Of a stretch of 64,000 bases of DNA, positions 46,688 to 59,299 are shown one piece after another; the first letter of the stretch is position 1; each line of letters opens with the position of its first letter. The position numbers and the translations under genes were made by a program. The stretch is from the sequence record MH494197.1; one strand, given 5' to 3'. The notes under the pieces were generated by a model. The model saw only the letters and a program-made list of their open reading frames with translations. It ran no database searches and was not told the DNA's origin.

Positions 46688-47238
46688 CTATAGATAGCTG
46701 ATTAGTAAGTTTTCTTTTTGTACAAGATACTCTAATTCTTGTTTCGCAGTTCCGATGAAGTTCTGTGTCATAAGATTATTATATCCTGCTTCTCGATTTT
46801 GTCCCTTCGAATAACGAGAGATGTGACATAAATTTACACCAGCCACCTCTGCACTAGCATGTTTGCCATATGCATAATTATCACGAAGTTTTTAAGTTCA
46901 GCATAAGTCATTTCATAACTATAGCTATGTGAGTGACCCTCTGGAAACAATTCAAGTGATTTTAATGGAGACAGGCGACTTTTGTCAATGATATAGTTCA
47001 TTTCTTCTTGAACTTCACGCTGTAACGCATCTTCTAATGACTTATCAGTACTTTCAACTGTTCCACCACATGCACCCAACAATCCATCCCAACGCACTTG
47101 TAGGAGTACTAAGTTAACCACTGGGATATCATTTAGTTCATAACCAGCGTATGGGGTACATTCTTTTGCATAAAAGAAACAGAATACAAAATTTGCACGT
47201 TTCCCCATTTGCCCCAGTGGTACTTCCGCTTTACTCAT
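46688..47238 (-). CDS. NUDT16-like Nudix hydrolase; frameshift near 46900
   Basis: LLQVRWDGLLGACGGTVESTDKSLEDALQREVQEEM...HASAEVAGV...NFIGTAKQEL. Confidence 0.75.
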
Positions 47239-47307
47239 CGCATTCGTTCCTTAATTATAGTTTCAACCTGTGGAATTGCTTTCGTCGCAGGTTTGATGAC
47301 CTTCTCA

Positions 47308-47983
47308 TTAAAAGAAAATCATTATCATTTTTCGGATGTTAACATTTACACTATAGCATGGAAGTGCACCAGCTAGTCTGGACCATACCAGTACTGTATC
47401 ACTACTTCCAATAACTACAACTGTATCATTTTCTGTGAGACTTTTCAACACTTCATTTCGTTCTTCATAAATGGGGAGACGTACCCCATCAACGTAGCGA
47501 TGATACTCACCAATCATCACTACATTTGGTTTTGCAAAAACATCAGCTTTAGGAATATATGGTTCATAACCACAATTAATGACATTGTAATCATCAGTAT
47601 TAATAGAAAAGTTCTCAATTACTTCACATAAATTGCCGTGTAGTTTGAGTTCGGTTCCACCAATTCTAGTATATAGATCATCCATATTAGAAGTCATGTG
47701 TAAAAACAATCACCATACAAATCTTCTAATGATTTAATAAAGTAATGCATTTCATTAGGATGACATTCACCTAATTTTACACGCAATGTATTATAAAATG
47801 AATGAACTACATGATACTTAGAACTAAGTCGTGCAATGTTACAAACATCATTAATTTTGAAATTGTCCCACAACCCATCATCAAAGCGGAATGGTTCCAT
47901 CCCGCTCTCAACTGAAAGACCTGCCCTGAAATTATAAGTAATCTTTTGTTCCCAGCATTTTGTATAAATTTATCTGATATCAC
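47308..47983 (-). CDS. Sir2/sirtuin-family NAD-dependent enzyme; frameshifted
   Basis: LIISGAGLSVESG, FR.DDGLW, FYN, PNEMH, TSNMDDLY, LHGNL, KPNVVMIGE, VVIGSS. Confidence 0.85.
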
Positions 47984-48214
47984 ATTTACTCCTTATATAA
48001 AAAGTATCAAGTTTAATACTAAAAATACAATGATAGCAATATGATAGACATACATCCACTTATTGTGTCCATGTTTATTACCATTCCTGAATTCTCGGTA
48101 TAAACATTTAGTGTGATTGTATAACACCACACAAATAAACACAACTATGAAACAAAAATCCACTCGTAAATTATGTATGCCATCAGATACACTCTCTCTT
48201 TATAATTATTATTC

Positions 48215-48804
48215 TCAGTATTTCAAAATATCAAACTCTGGACTAACACTTGTTACATTATCACTAACAATTTTGAAAATAGACTCAACACGTTCATGTA
48301 ACTGAACATTGGTTTCTTCTTGAACTTCAATATACGCTGACATGGATGCAATTGCATGATAAGTCCCACTTCCGACAGCAGTAATTTGTGTTTTAGGTTG
48401 CAGTACTGAAAAGTCTTCTTGAACTTCATAAATCGTATGATTATGAAGAATAATGAACTGACCACCACCAACATCTTGTGATGCATCACGAGCACCCATT
48501 CATCTTTAAACATTTGACGAATGATAGGAATAACTTTCAGTACTAGATACTGTGAAAAGGTTTCCTGCAACTTGTTCTGGTAGAGTTAGGTTGTAATTCA
48601 ACAACTGTCCCATGCGGAACGAGGTAGTATACCCAACGCCATTACTTCTTTAGTGCGAGAAAGACCATCCTCATTGAGTTTAATGAACTCTTTCTCAAAC
48701 ACTTTAGGCTCAGTTTGAACTGCTTTAGTGAAACCATTGCTTCCTAATTTATCACCAGCGATGAAGGAAGATGTGCCATTTGTGTGAGCGATAATACAAG
48801 TCAT
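48215..48804 (-). CDS. Ntn-hydrolase / HslV-proteasome-beta-like peptidase; frameshifted
   Basis: N-terminal (M)TCIIA...AGD, KVF, GYTTSFRMGQLL, AVGSG. Confidence 0.7.
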
Positions 48805-49150
48805 GAAATAACTCCTTGTGCAAAAGTGCCGTATACAACCAGTATATCAGCAACCCTAGTGTAAGTAAACATGCTCCATAAGAAATTGATAGAACATAGT
48901 AAATTCCTGCTTCGAACTTGGATGCAAATTTGTGTGTACTGGAATCCATAAAACCACGTTTGTAGTCTTTATAGATGAAACATGTTAAAACTAATGTAAT
49001 GCAATATACTATAGTTGTTGCATAAAAACAAGAGATGTTAAGTTTTGTAAATTTGTCATAGTTTATACACTCTAGTGTATGTGAACTTATAACAAAGGAT
49101 GTACCACTTTATCATCCTCTTATTATAATATTATTATTTTGTATCTAATA

Positions 49151-49745
49151 CTAATGAATGATACTACCTAATTCGAGCAACTGATCTGGTGTAAGTCTCA
49201 CAACTTCATTACCACGAACCTTACTAACCTCCACTAACAATTCTGGAGGAATACCATTCGCTGCATATAACGCAAATAGAACACCAACCTTAGTTGATAG
49301 CTGTTCAGCAAAAATAGTCATTTGGCGAACTGATATGTATGTGTCATCACTATTTCGTGCTTTACTTTCGATTGACACATTATGTAGACCTAGAATTGAG
49401 TCCTTCATCATGTATCTGTTTTCTATATTAGCACTAAAGAATGCGATAGTGCAAGAAGAATTACAATATCTTTCAACAATAATTGTTAAATTGTTATCAT
49501 TGACAAAATTTCCTAGTGCCACTCCGCATCAAAATCACCACCGTGACGTAATGATGATAGTGTCAAATGGGTGTGTTTCTCTAAAACCATCAAACGGTTT
49601 ACAGTATTTTCAGTTAAAGTTGAAATGAACTGAACTGTCTGTTTAGATTCATCATATCTAATGATACTTTTCTTTCAACACCTGCACTTGCAGGAAAGTT
49701 AATTAAGAAAATAATAATAATAGATTGGATGATTTCTTTACATAA
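49151..49745 (-). CDS. Exported ClpP/crotonase-fold protein (COG3904-like); frameshifted
   Basis: ITSRGGDF...ALGNFV..NNLTIIVERYCNSSCTIAFFS...R.....ILGLHN. Confidence 0.55.
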
Positions 49746-50005
49746 TCGTACCACTGGTTAACCCTCTTAGTTGATTGTTGATTACATAAATAATATTATA
49801 GGAAGATTTAACTTAAGTCAAATTGTTTTTATATCACTTCACAAATTCCCTCACAGAATCACCCGCCTTTTTACCTTCTTTTGAATGATTATATCACACT
49901 AATGTATAATGTCTATGCTTTTGTCAACAAATAACGTGGTAGTACTGAACTCGTTGTTGGTTCTAAGAGTTTTCCTGAAATTCAAACAAGTTGTGTACTA
50001 ACAAA

Positions 50006-50030
50006 GAAAAAGGAGCCTTATGGCTCTTTT
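50006..50030 (-). terminator. Intrinsic terminator
   Basis: AAAGAGCC-ATAA-GGCTCCTTTTT. Confidence 0.65.
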
Positions 50031-50317
50031 TATTCTACGTATTAAGTTTCTGACAAATCATGTCAGCTTCAACACGGTCTTTATAATAAATGGTAAAACC
50101 AAATTTACCAGTTACTTTATACTCTTTACAAGTTAAACAATTTACAATGTAGTACTTGTTGTTTTGTGCTGAAAATCGTACTTCATGATTACGCATCACT
50201 GGTGGAGTAGTATTATCATTTAATACCATCATCACTAAGAGTACAAGAATCACAACTGCAAATGGAATACCTAAAATCAAGAAAGTCAAAGTCACAACCC
50301 CTTATCATAAATGCAAT

Positions 50318-50767
50318 TTACAATAATCCCAGCATCTTCCAGTACTTTAATAGCTTCTGGTGGAGTGCGAGGATAACTTTGTGATAAATCACGCGAGCAA
50401 TACCACTTCCCGCGATCAACTTAGAACAAGTATAGCATGGTTGCAGCGTTGTGTAAAGTGTTGCTCCCTGACGTTCGGTAGGTGAACTGTATAACAATGC
50501 ATTCATTTCAGCATGGATTTCATGGATATTACTCCATTCATGGTGTTCATGCTTTGCGTCATCGCTAACCCAGTCTTGGAAACGTCCACCATTAACTAAG
50601 TGCTCATTAGCGTCACAGCAGTTAGGTTGTTTAGATGGAGTGCCATTATAACCAGTACTCAATACTCGGTTATTTTTAACAATAACACAACCAACTTTCT
50701 GTGAAATGCATTTACTCTCTTCAGCCACGACTTCGGCTATCTTCAACCACGTCAAGTGTTTCATCAT
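50318..50767 (-). CDS. cd: dCMP deaminase
   Basis: SKCISQKVGCVIVKNNRVLSTGYNG, IHAEMNA, TTLQPCYTCSKLI. Confidence 0.92.
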   Translation of the reverse strand: MMKHLTWLKIAEVVAEESKCISQKVGCVIVKNNRVLSTGYNGTPSKQPNCCDANEHLVNGGRFQDWVSDDAKHEHHEWSNIHEIHAEMNALLYSSPTERQGATLYTTLQPCYTCSKLIAGSGIARVIYHKVILALHQKLLKYWKMLGLL

Positions 50768-51881
50768 ATACTCCTAGGGATTGTAATTTGGTTTTACAGT
50801 TCGAATGTATTTTAAGAACACGAAGGTAGTTTAGCACATCTGATTCTTCAATGTCAAATGGTTTCGCTGCATAAACGTCCCATGCTCCCATTAATTCTGT
50901 ACAGAACTTGATATCACCCGAACCCAGCAACTTGTCACGGAATTGTTTAAACTCGATTTCTTCATCGGATAATGAAAACCCAAATCCATAAAGCACATAC
51001 CACCAGCACTGAAGCATGACCCAGATGATGTACCAATTAAAATATCATCCATCCCATATAAGCCGTAAAAATATTGGAGTACCAAGTACTAAGTTTACTT
51101 CGGTGATGATATTTAAGAACATTCTTCTTGATATTTACATCTAATGAATTAGCTGTTGATATCACTTTTTGGTTAAAATAATAGTTTTGTTCAAATTACT
51201 CAACCATACTTTAGTATCAGTTGGGCTAAGAGCAGTGTATTTCATATTAATCCTCTAAATTCCATTCATCAACCATAGTTGAGCATAATTCCATGTGTCG
51301 GAAATATTTCTCATTAAGTGAATATGGACTCTTATAAAATTGTCTTACATCAGTGAATATATCATAGTTTCTATATATAAATGACATATTTTTATTCATG
51401 AATTCTATAATCTTCCATAACTTTTCTGTATCGTTTTGTATAGTTTCTGCACTCAATCCCGTCAATTTCATTAGACGCTTGATTTTAAAGCCAGACTCTA
51501 TTGACGTATTGTTATGCTTGGTTAAGTAACTATAGCCAATGGAACTATATATTAGTTCAATACTATCAGTACTGGTTATTGTTCCTAGAAATGATTTTAA
51601 ATTTCTATTCAACCAATACCATTTTTGTTCTTGTTATAGCAAGAATACCACTTTTAACTATAGCTATTGCCTCTGAATTTAAACTTTCGGCAAATTCATC
51701 AATTAAAACATGTGATTGTAAAATAAATCACTTTGATCTTCAGATAATTTATATTGCTGCATATCCACCTACCCTATTAACAATTACACCTTGGGTATTT
51801 ACCTTGTATGGATCAATTTTTGATCAATAATTTTTGATATACAGCAAATAAAATGGGAATCATTAAAGATTCCCTAAGTAA

Positions 51882-52617
51882 TTATTTCTGGAATGGAGTG
51901 TACTGGTACTGCTCACAATCAGATACAGTTAGTACACCTTCATCATAACCGTACTGGAGAATAAGATCAAATGCTTTATCAACCATAGCTACAACGTCTT
52001 TGTAACGAACGATGGTGTGTGCCTGTTTCTCAACTGCTTTCATAATACCCATCAGCATCCAGCGGCCTTCATCAGTGTGAAGTTTAGCAAAACGAGGACG
52101 TTTAGTTGCTGCCATAATGTCAGTCCATTCTGCTTTAAACACTGATGGACGTTTAGGAATATCATACAGAGTTGTTGGGAATGTTACGTTGTTTTTCTTC
52201 ATAGCTTCAGCTTGTGCAGCACGATAACCTTGACGGAATAGTGGGTGCTGTGATTTTAGCTGTTCATTGTTAAAAACTACTTTGTTTTAAACGCGTCATA
52301 ACCTTCTTTGTATTGTGCATTAGACATATTATTCTTTCCCTCGTCAGTACTGATGAATTTTTTATCTGAGAATGTGCCGTGTTCTTGACGCATAGCTTCT
52401 GCGTGTTGAACTGCGTTAATTGGATTAATGTTCTTTTAATAAGAACTTCTTGCATTAATTCGAGAACAATAGAAAAACCATTGAGTACTCGTTCTGCCTC
52501 GTCAACACCTTTCAATTCAATAGCCACTGCACTAATCTGATCTAATGCGGTATTAATAAACTCTGAATCATCTAACACATCATTGACTTCAGTATTATTA
52601 CGTACAAGAACTTTCAT
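51882..52617 (-). CDS. Hypothetical protein; frameshifted
   Basis: ORFs 52270..52656 and 51882..52202 join; terminator at 51849-51875. Confidence 0.5.
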
Positions 52618-52668
52618 ATAATCTCCAGAAATAAGATGCCCCAAATGAGGCATCAAATGAAATTCAAA

Positions 52669-53363
52669 TTAGACCCACTCTTCCACGCCACCGCGACGTT
52701 TGACGAGATACTTACCTTCTTCGTTGCGTGGACCAAGGATGATACCATCAATGAAACCATGTTCACCGTATTCGAGTGCTTCTTCAGCGTTCAACCACAA
52801 GTCACGGTCTGCATCTTTCAGTAGTTGTTCGTGCGATACACCAACTGCTTCAGCAATTTCTTTCGTCAATAGTGTGTTCAATGCGTCAGAGTGTTTCAAA
52901 GAAATCTTCTGATCGGTAATCAGACCCTGAGTACCGGAACTCACTTGGTGACACATGAAGTAAGAACGCTTACCACCTAGACGGAAACCTTTAGTTCCAA
53001 CTACTGATTGTGTATAGCAACCCATTGATGCTGCATAACCCATTACTACTGTACGGATAGGAGATACACAAGACTTAGCAATGTCAGCGATACCCAAACC
53101 TGCGTGTACTGAACCACCGGAGAACTAATGTAGAAGGTAATTGGTTCAGAACCCTGAGAATCCAACCACACCAATTGTTGCTTGATGATATGTGCCATTT
53201 GGTCATTGAAGTCAGTATCAAGGAAAATGATACGGTCTTGCATCATACGAGATGCTAGGTCATAAGTACGTTCTGCACCATTAACTTTTTCAACTACATA
53301 AGGAATAGAAATGTTGCGAACTTCACCACCAGCATAACCACCAAAATTGAATTGTTCAACCAT
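52669..53363 (-). CDS. clpP: ClpP protease subunit; one frameshift
   Basis: IPYVVE..NGAERTYDLASRMMQDRIIFL, YISSPGGSV, GYAASMG, FMCHQVSSG, DRDLWLNAEEALEYG. Confidence 0.93.
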
Positions 53364-53397
53364 TGTTATTTTCCTCTATTGTTTCATTGTTGTGAGT

Positions 53398-53425
53398 ATT
53401 ATATCACAGTGTTCGTATTTGTCTA
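53398..53425 (-). promoter_or_regulatory. Sigma70-like promoter for clpP
   Basis: TAGACA-N16-TATAAT with TG extension. Confidence 0.6.
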
Positions 53426-54208
53426 CAAGTTTCTTAAAAATCTAGTAAACCGCAAATTGTATGTTTATTAAACATATCGTGGTCAATCTTTAACAACTTA
53501 ACCATAGCATTATCATACACCGTAGAGTCGGTAATGTCAAACAAAGAATTTGTGTAATAACGTTCATTTTCTACATAAATGTATAAATCATTTGATTTGT
53601 CAAGATCTTCATAGAAGTTAGCATCAAAGTACTCTGCATTTCCATCAATCCAAACCTCAACTGAATCATCATCTAAGCAGTAGTTTCTTGCTTCTTTGAA
53701 TATATTTCCAGCTTTCTGGCTGCACTGGAGTAATGTTTATAACCATTAATCACGTACTTGATTTCATCATTGTACTCAATTATATATACAACAACATTTT
53801 CCATCAGTACACTCCTATTGACGCAAGAGCATGAAGAAATTCATATCGTATACCAACTGGGATGTCATCAAAATCAATCTCAATCATTCTTAGTGAATTT
53901 GAAAATTGTTCGTATTTAAAGAACATATTAATTGATAAAGTACTGAATGGTAACACACCACCACGTCTATCATCATTAATTAGAACATACACCTTTCCCA
54001 CAAATGAATCTAAATCGTCTGCTTGTTTTACATCACTGGTGAAGTGATGCCTATCTTTCATCACAGTACCAGTACCATCAGGATTGTAGTATTGGGTTTT
54101 GTCACAAGAGTATAGCATACGCATACCCAATCGTCGAAACATATGACAACTACCCAATATAACAAGCATTTTATCATCAATGTGAAGTGTATGTATCATA
54201 ACATTACC

Positions 54209-54997
54209 TTAGATTTCAAATACAAATTTAGGATCGTAATCGAAGTTCTCACATGCACCACTGTAAGATTCATAACCTCTTGGATTACAAATGATACGAG
54301 TTTTCCCAATGTTGTAGTCAAAGCTACTATGAACGTGACCATGAATCCAAACATCAGCACCCAAATCTTCGATGTACTGGTCCATATCAGAACAATAACA
54401 TCCATTCAGTGAGTCATTCTTGTATCTCGGAGATACACTCTGATAACTTGGTGCATGATGTGTTACCACCACAACCTTGAAATCATTATCATTCATTAGA
54501 CGAACTGTGTTAACTGAATTTTTGATAAATTGTTTATCCTGATGATGCATGAACTCAACATCATCAGGTTTGAGCTTACGTTTCCACGGTTCTGATGTTG
54601 TTCCATGACGAATGTGTTTATAATCATTCATCTTTTGTTGAGCATCAAACTTAACCAGTGCGTTGCCTTTATCAAAGTCAGTCCACAGTGTACTACCAAC
54701 CAGCAGTACACCATCCAGCCATACAAATTTGTTTTGTAAAAGATGAAATTTGGAATCTCATCTTGCATATCGGACAGTACTTTATTAGTCTTGTGAATGT
54801 TTGAACCGTAGTACTCATGATTACGGAACCAGTACTACATTCTTGAACTGCTTGCACAGGGATTCGATGCCAGTACGATAACGACTACGTTTAACTTCAT
54901 CAAAATCCCCAGCAATAATCAGTACTGTATCACTGTAATCACCACTATGGAGGTAATCAGTGCCACCGTGTACGTCTGACGTTACAACAAATTTCAT
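54209..54997 (-). CDS. Calcineurin-like metallophosphoesterase; frameshifted
   Basis: TSDVH, IIAGD, GNHEYYG, GSTLWTDF, VVTHHAPS, WIHGHVH, CNPRGY. Confidence 0.88.
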
Positions 54998-55016
54998 AAT
55001 TACCTCCTATAAATGA

Positions 55017-56431
55017 TTAACCGAGTGATTCAAGAATACTATTAGAGAACACCTCAACAGCACTATCACGAATTTCTAAGATACGAGTATAGTCGTCACA
55101 GGTGTTTTTGTCAAATCTAAATTCAATAAACACTGGTAAAAATAGTGATGGCTCACCAGTACGCTTATCGAATACAATATCATTGCACTCTACGGTCACT
55201 ACTTGACCAATGAGTTCTTGCATTCTTTCCCAAATGGTTTTAAACGTCCATTCTGCGTCTTTCTCTTTAATTCCAGTACCTACATTAACTTTCAATGTAC
55301 CACAAGCACTTTCCAGTTGTAAAGAACCAAGGCTACCTTTACGCTTACCTTCACCTTCATTGAAACCAACAATACGCAAGTCCAATTGCATTTTAAGTTT
55401 CATTTTCAATTGCTTAGGAGAAGTGTGAGATTTCCAGATACCATCTTCACATTTCAGTACTGAACCCTCTTCACCTTCGTTCATTAGTTCACTATTGTAC
55501 TCAAATGCTTCTTTGATGTTTAGAACTTTACGGAATCCAACCATACGAACAAAATCACTACCGAGTTCGTTAATTGCATCTACTAAGATCTCGCGGCGTT
55601 CTTTGCGTTTTACATTCCATACACCTTCACAAAATGCATCATATGGAACAACATCCCAGAGAACGAATACAGTACGCATTGCTTCATTCTGACTGATGCT
55701 ATCTTTACCAGCTTTCTGAATGATACCGTTACCAGTAGTGCGTGGGAGAATGGTTTCTCCATCATTGTCCAGTACTACACCTTCACCCATAAAGACTACA
55801 CCACTACTAAAACGTTCATCTTTACTTTGGATGATGTGAGCAAGACCTGCCATTTCACCATCACGACAACCCGAAGTCGTATAGTTTGCCATTACGGGAT
55901 GTAGAAGTTAATGAACCATTAATGACAACGTGGTTCAAGTACTGACCATCCATTTTAACTTCTGATATAGCATAACCATAATCTTTGAAGTTAATGTTCT
56001 TTGCAGTCTTTTGTCAATCAAAGAACAACGCATGTATGGTTCGTCTTTGATGAAACCTTTCCCGAACACATCATTACAGTTCTTTTCTTGGATACCACAA
56101 TCAAGGTTCTTCGTGAGCATTTTACGAAGAACTTCTTGGTCATCTTCTGATACAGAACCCAGTACTGAAGCAATGAAGTCACGTCCAGCATTTCCGGTCA
56201 CACCACGTTTGTAAATGCATTCTAGCTTATCAATTGCTTCGTCTAATGTCATATGTTGGTATAGATCATCAGCTTGTGGTAGCTTTTTATATCCACTTAC
56301 AATTGAAGGGTCTAGTGTATATTTCAGTACTTTTTGTAATGTTTGGTTATCTTTGTTTTGTTCAAGGATAGCTTTTTACCCAGAGTACTGCTAGTATTTT
56401 TAATGCTTTCAAGAATTGCTAAAATGCTCAT
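55017..56431 (-). CDS. lig: ATP-dependent DNA ligase (T4 gp30-like); frameshifted
   Basis: DEPYMRCSL, KMDGQ, VFMGEG, RTTGNG, WDVVP, EGEEGSVLK, KLKMKMQLDLRI.G..EG.GK..G.LGSL, LFLPVFIEFRFDK. Confidence 0.93.
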
Positions 56432-56442
56432 TGTATATTCCC

Positions 56443-57643
56443 TTATAGATAATACTTTCCAATGTAAAGTTTATTACTTAGTGATAGCTGGACGTGACAA
56501 GGTTTTTCTTGGTAGTAACGAGTTGATGATGTTTTATTTTCAGTCGGTGGGAAGAAAGGAGAACGGTATCCGTTCCATGTACCAAATGATACATGTTCGT
56601 TTAAATCCACATCCATTGTCATAATACCATTAGCATCAATTTCAACTGGATACGCACTGTATCGTTCAAATACATCAGTGTATTGAAGAATATAATCACC
56701 ATTACGACCATAATAACTTCTGGTTGTATTGTTCTTTACACCAAAGAACACACGATATGCTTGGTCACCAACTTTAGACATGAACGGTACGTTCTCGTTG
56801 AATCGTCCATTACTCATTATATCATCAGGATTGATTTCTTCGTACTTTACTTTCAAATCTTGTGCTTTAAACGACTTATCACTTATCAGTACTGGAATAT
56901 TGCTTTCACATAATGGGTTACTGCGATTTCGTTGGATATTTTGCCAAAATGCATTAGCTTTAACAATTTCATCTTGAACTGTAGTTTTTACATTCAGTGC
57001 AGCACTTGGTTCTAACGCATAAGTTTCAAGACGAGCATTAAGAGCATATGTCCACGAGTAGTATTATATACTAAGTGATATTTGGAACTCTTATCAGAAA
57101 ATGAAAACTCTTTAGTTTTCTTGATACAAATAGCATTTACTTTACCACAATAATAGTAATCTTCTTTATTGTGTCTAAAACCATCACCTACTTTCAATTT
57201 AGAAACAACTTCTTTTTGTTGTTCTTTCTTATTCTCCTTCTCAACCAATTTAGCAAAGGTTTTAGTTTTACCGTTAATTAGTTCTAAACTATTATTGAAG
57301 AACATAGGTTCAACAAATACACCCTTAACAATATCATTGTTGATGATAAGGTCGTTCATGTTTTTAGCACTCACCAAGAACTCGAAACCTTCAGGGTGAC
57401 GTATGGTGAAGTATGTTTCATGAGCATGAACAGTGAGCTTATGTACCACAGAAAATCCAATTGTAGGCACATTATCAATCCACAGTGAAGGTAGATTGTT
57501 TTTCTTAGCCCAGTACTCGGCCTTTTCTTTTTAGTCTCAAACGCTTTTGTGTGTGATTTTGTAGCATCTATAATGTAACCAGTAACTTGGTTATGATTTA
57601 CATATGAACGAGCCACAAATAACTTCTCTGGAAAATCCATCAA
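56443..57643 (-). CDS. Two hypothetical proteins (56443..~57000 and 57012..57643), frameshifted
   Basis: Coding continuity across frame breaks. Confidence 0.45.
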
Positions 57644-57704
57644 ACAGTCCTCATTGTGCTAATTGCTTTTAATGTGTTAAACAATGCACCATATTTTACT
57701 TGCA

Positions 57705-58058
57705 TTAGTTGATCCCAGCAGGAAGATTCATACGCATAACAGACATGTCTTCAACCATTTCAGATGTACATAGTACTGCTACACATGTAGTTGCATCATT
57801 TAATCCGGCTTCATTGAATTTAGCGAATGGCACTTTTCCCTGCTTACAAAGGTCATCATAATAAGAATTTAACTTATCATGACCACCAGCATTTAGTACT
57901 ACAATAGTTTCGTGGTCATAATACCATTCATCAATAATAGTACTGAAAGCAGTACCTTCATATTCTTTAATTAGTTTTATGCCAGCATGAAATGCTTGAA
58001 TGCCAGCTTGTACACCTTGGCAGTACATGTTTGTTAAGCAATATAATTTCATTTCCAT
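57705..58058 (-). CDS. Pth2-fold protein
   Basis: GVQAGIQAFHA...EW...TIVVLNAG...PFAKFNEAGLNDATTCVAV follows the Pth2 layout. Confidence 0.55.
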   Translation of the reverse strand: MEMKLYCLTNMYCQGVQAGIQAFHAGIKLIKEYEGTAFSTIIDEWYYDHETIVVLNAGGHDKLNSYYDDLCKQGKVPFAKFNEAGLNDATTCVAVLCTSEMVEDMSVMRMNLPAGIN

Positions 58059-58557
58059 ACCTCTTGTTTTTCTACAAACCCTTTACCATCACAATGTGGA
58101 CAAGCATAATAACTGCGATAGTCTTCAGATGGAACTTGTTGTGTACCATTACATGTAGGGCACACTTTACGTGCTCCAGAAATAATACGTTCATGGTGTT
58201 CAGCTTGTTTTGCTGAATCAAAATACGACCATCTTCAGTTTGGTATTTTTCTACCATAACTTGAATTACTTTCATTTCTATTTCCTTATAAAAATGTTAA
58301 ATCTTCAGTACTTAATTGTAATAATTTACCATCATATTCAATTTCAACATATACATTTTGGTCATAAACAGCAACTACACGACTAATAACTCCACTCTTC
58401 ACCACATTCTTTTGTAGTTGAATTCAACTGAGCAACCAATAAGTTTCTTTGATAGAATCTCACGTATTTGATTAGCATGGTCTTTTAGGATAGAATTAAT
58501 AGATTTTTTCACAACATATCTATCATTTAAGTATTTTTAACTACATCATGCATATTA

Positions 58558-59299
58558 TTACCTTTTGAAGCGGTTAAATGAGTACTCATCTTTTTCTTTA
58601 CGTAAGTATCTCATCCCACCACTTTGGGGAGTTGCAAGAGTCAAATCACCAGTTAAGAACTGACTATCAATCCAGATACGATTACCATAAATGAGTGGGT
58701 CGGATACTGCGGTATGACCACTAAAGACGCAATGGATACCATCAAGTCTAGGGACGTAATATGTGTTATTTTTCTTGCAGTAGTCGAATGTATCACGTTC
58801 CCACAAGCACTTCTCAATTATATCAGCACTAAGTGATTTTGTCCCACTAACGAAACGTTCCCATGTTGTATATTCCAATGGAACACCAGCATGAACTAGT
58901 CCAATCTTCAATCCTCGGTGATTGATTTGGATAATCATAGGGAGTTCCTTTAAGTACTGACGAAAGAACTGTATACCTGTCTCACCAACTTCATCAAGAA
59001 ATTTATCACCACCATTACTTTGCCAGCAATGATACCAATCCCTCATTGTTTCGGAGTCCACACACATCATCTCGTGGTTCCCAGCAATCATAAAACGGTT
59101 TTCACCGAAAAGGAATTCAAACAGTAGTTTGGAATTCTGGTCACCACGGTCAATAACATCACCTACACAAAAACATAGTCATTATTGGTAATGCCAAATT
59201 CTTTCTTGGTAGCATCCCACAGTTTTCCATTACCGTGTAAATCACCAACGATATATAAATCTTTATCATCCGGTACTGTAACTTCCAAAAATGTTTCAT
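58558..59299 (-). CDS. Ser/Thr protein phosphatase (PPP; NinI/PphA-like); frameshifted
   Basis: IVGDLHG, GDVIDRG, AGNHE, GLVHAG, LWER, FSGHT, WID. Confidence 0.9.

Noticed and set aside
46361-47983. NAD reconstitution pathway (NARP1/NARP2) genes
   Set aside because: No PRPP-synthetase-like, Nampt or NMNAT motifs were seen in the window.
24360-53425. A phage-specific short-spacer promoter class (four promoters with xxGACA-N16-TATAAT)
   Set aside because: Other promoters show 15-nt (11855, 49795) or 17-nt (14695, 15487) spacers, all compatible with sigma70 plus deletion errors.
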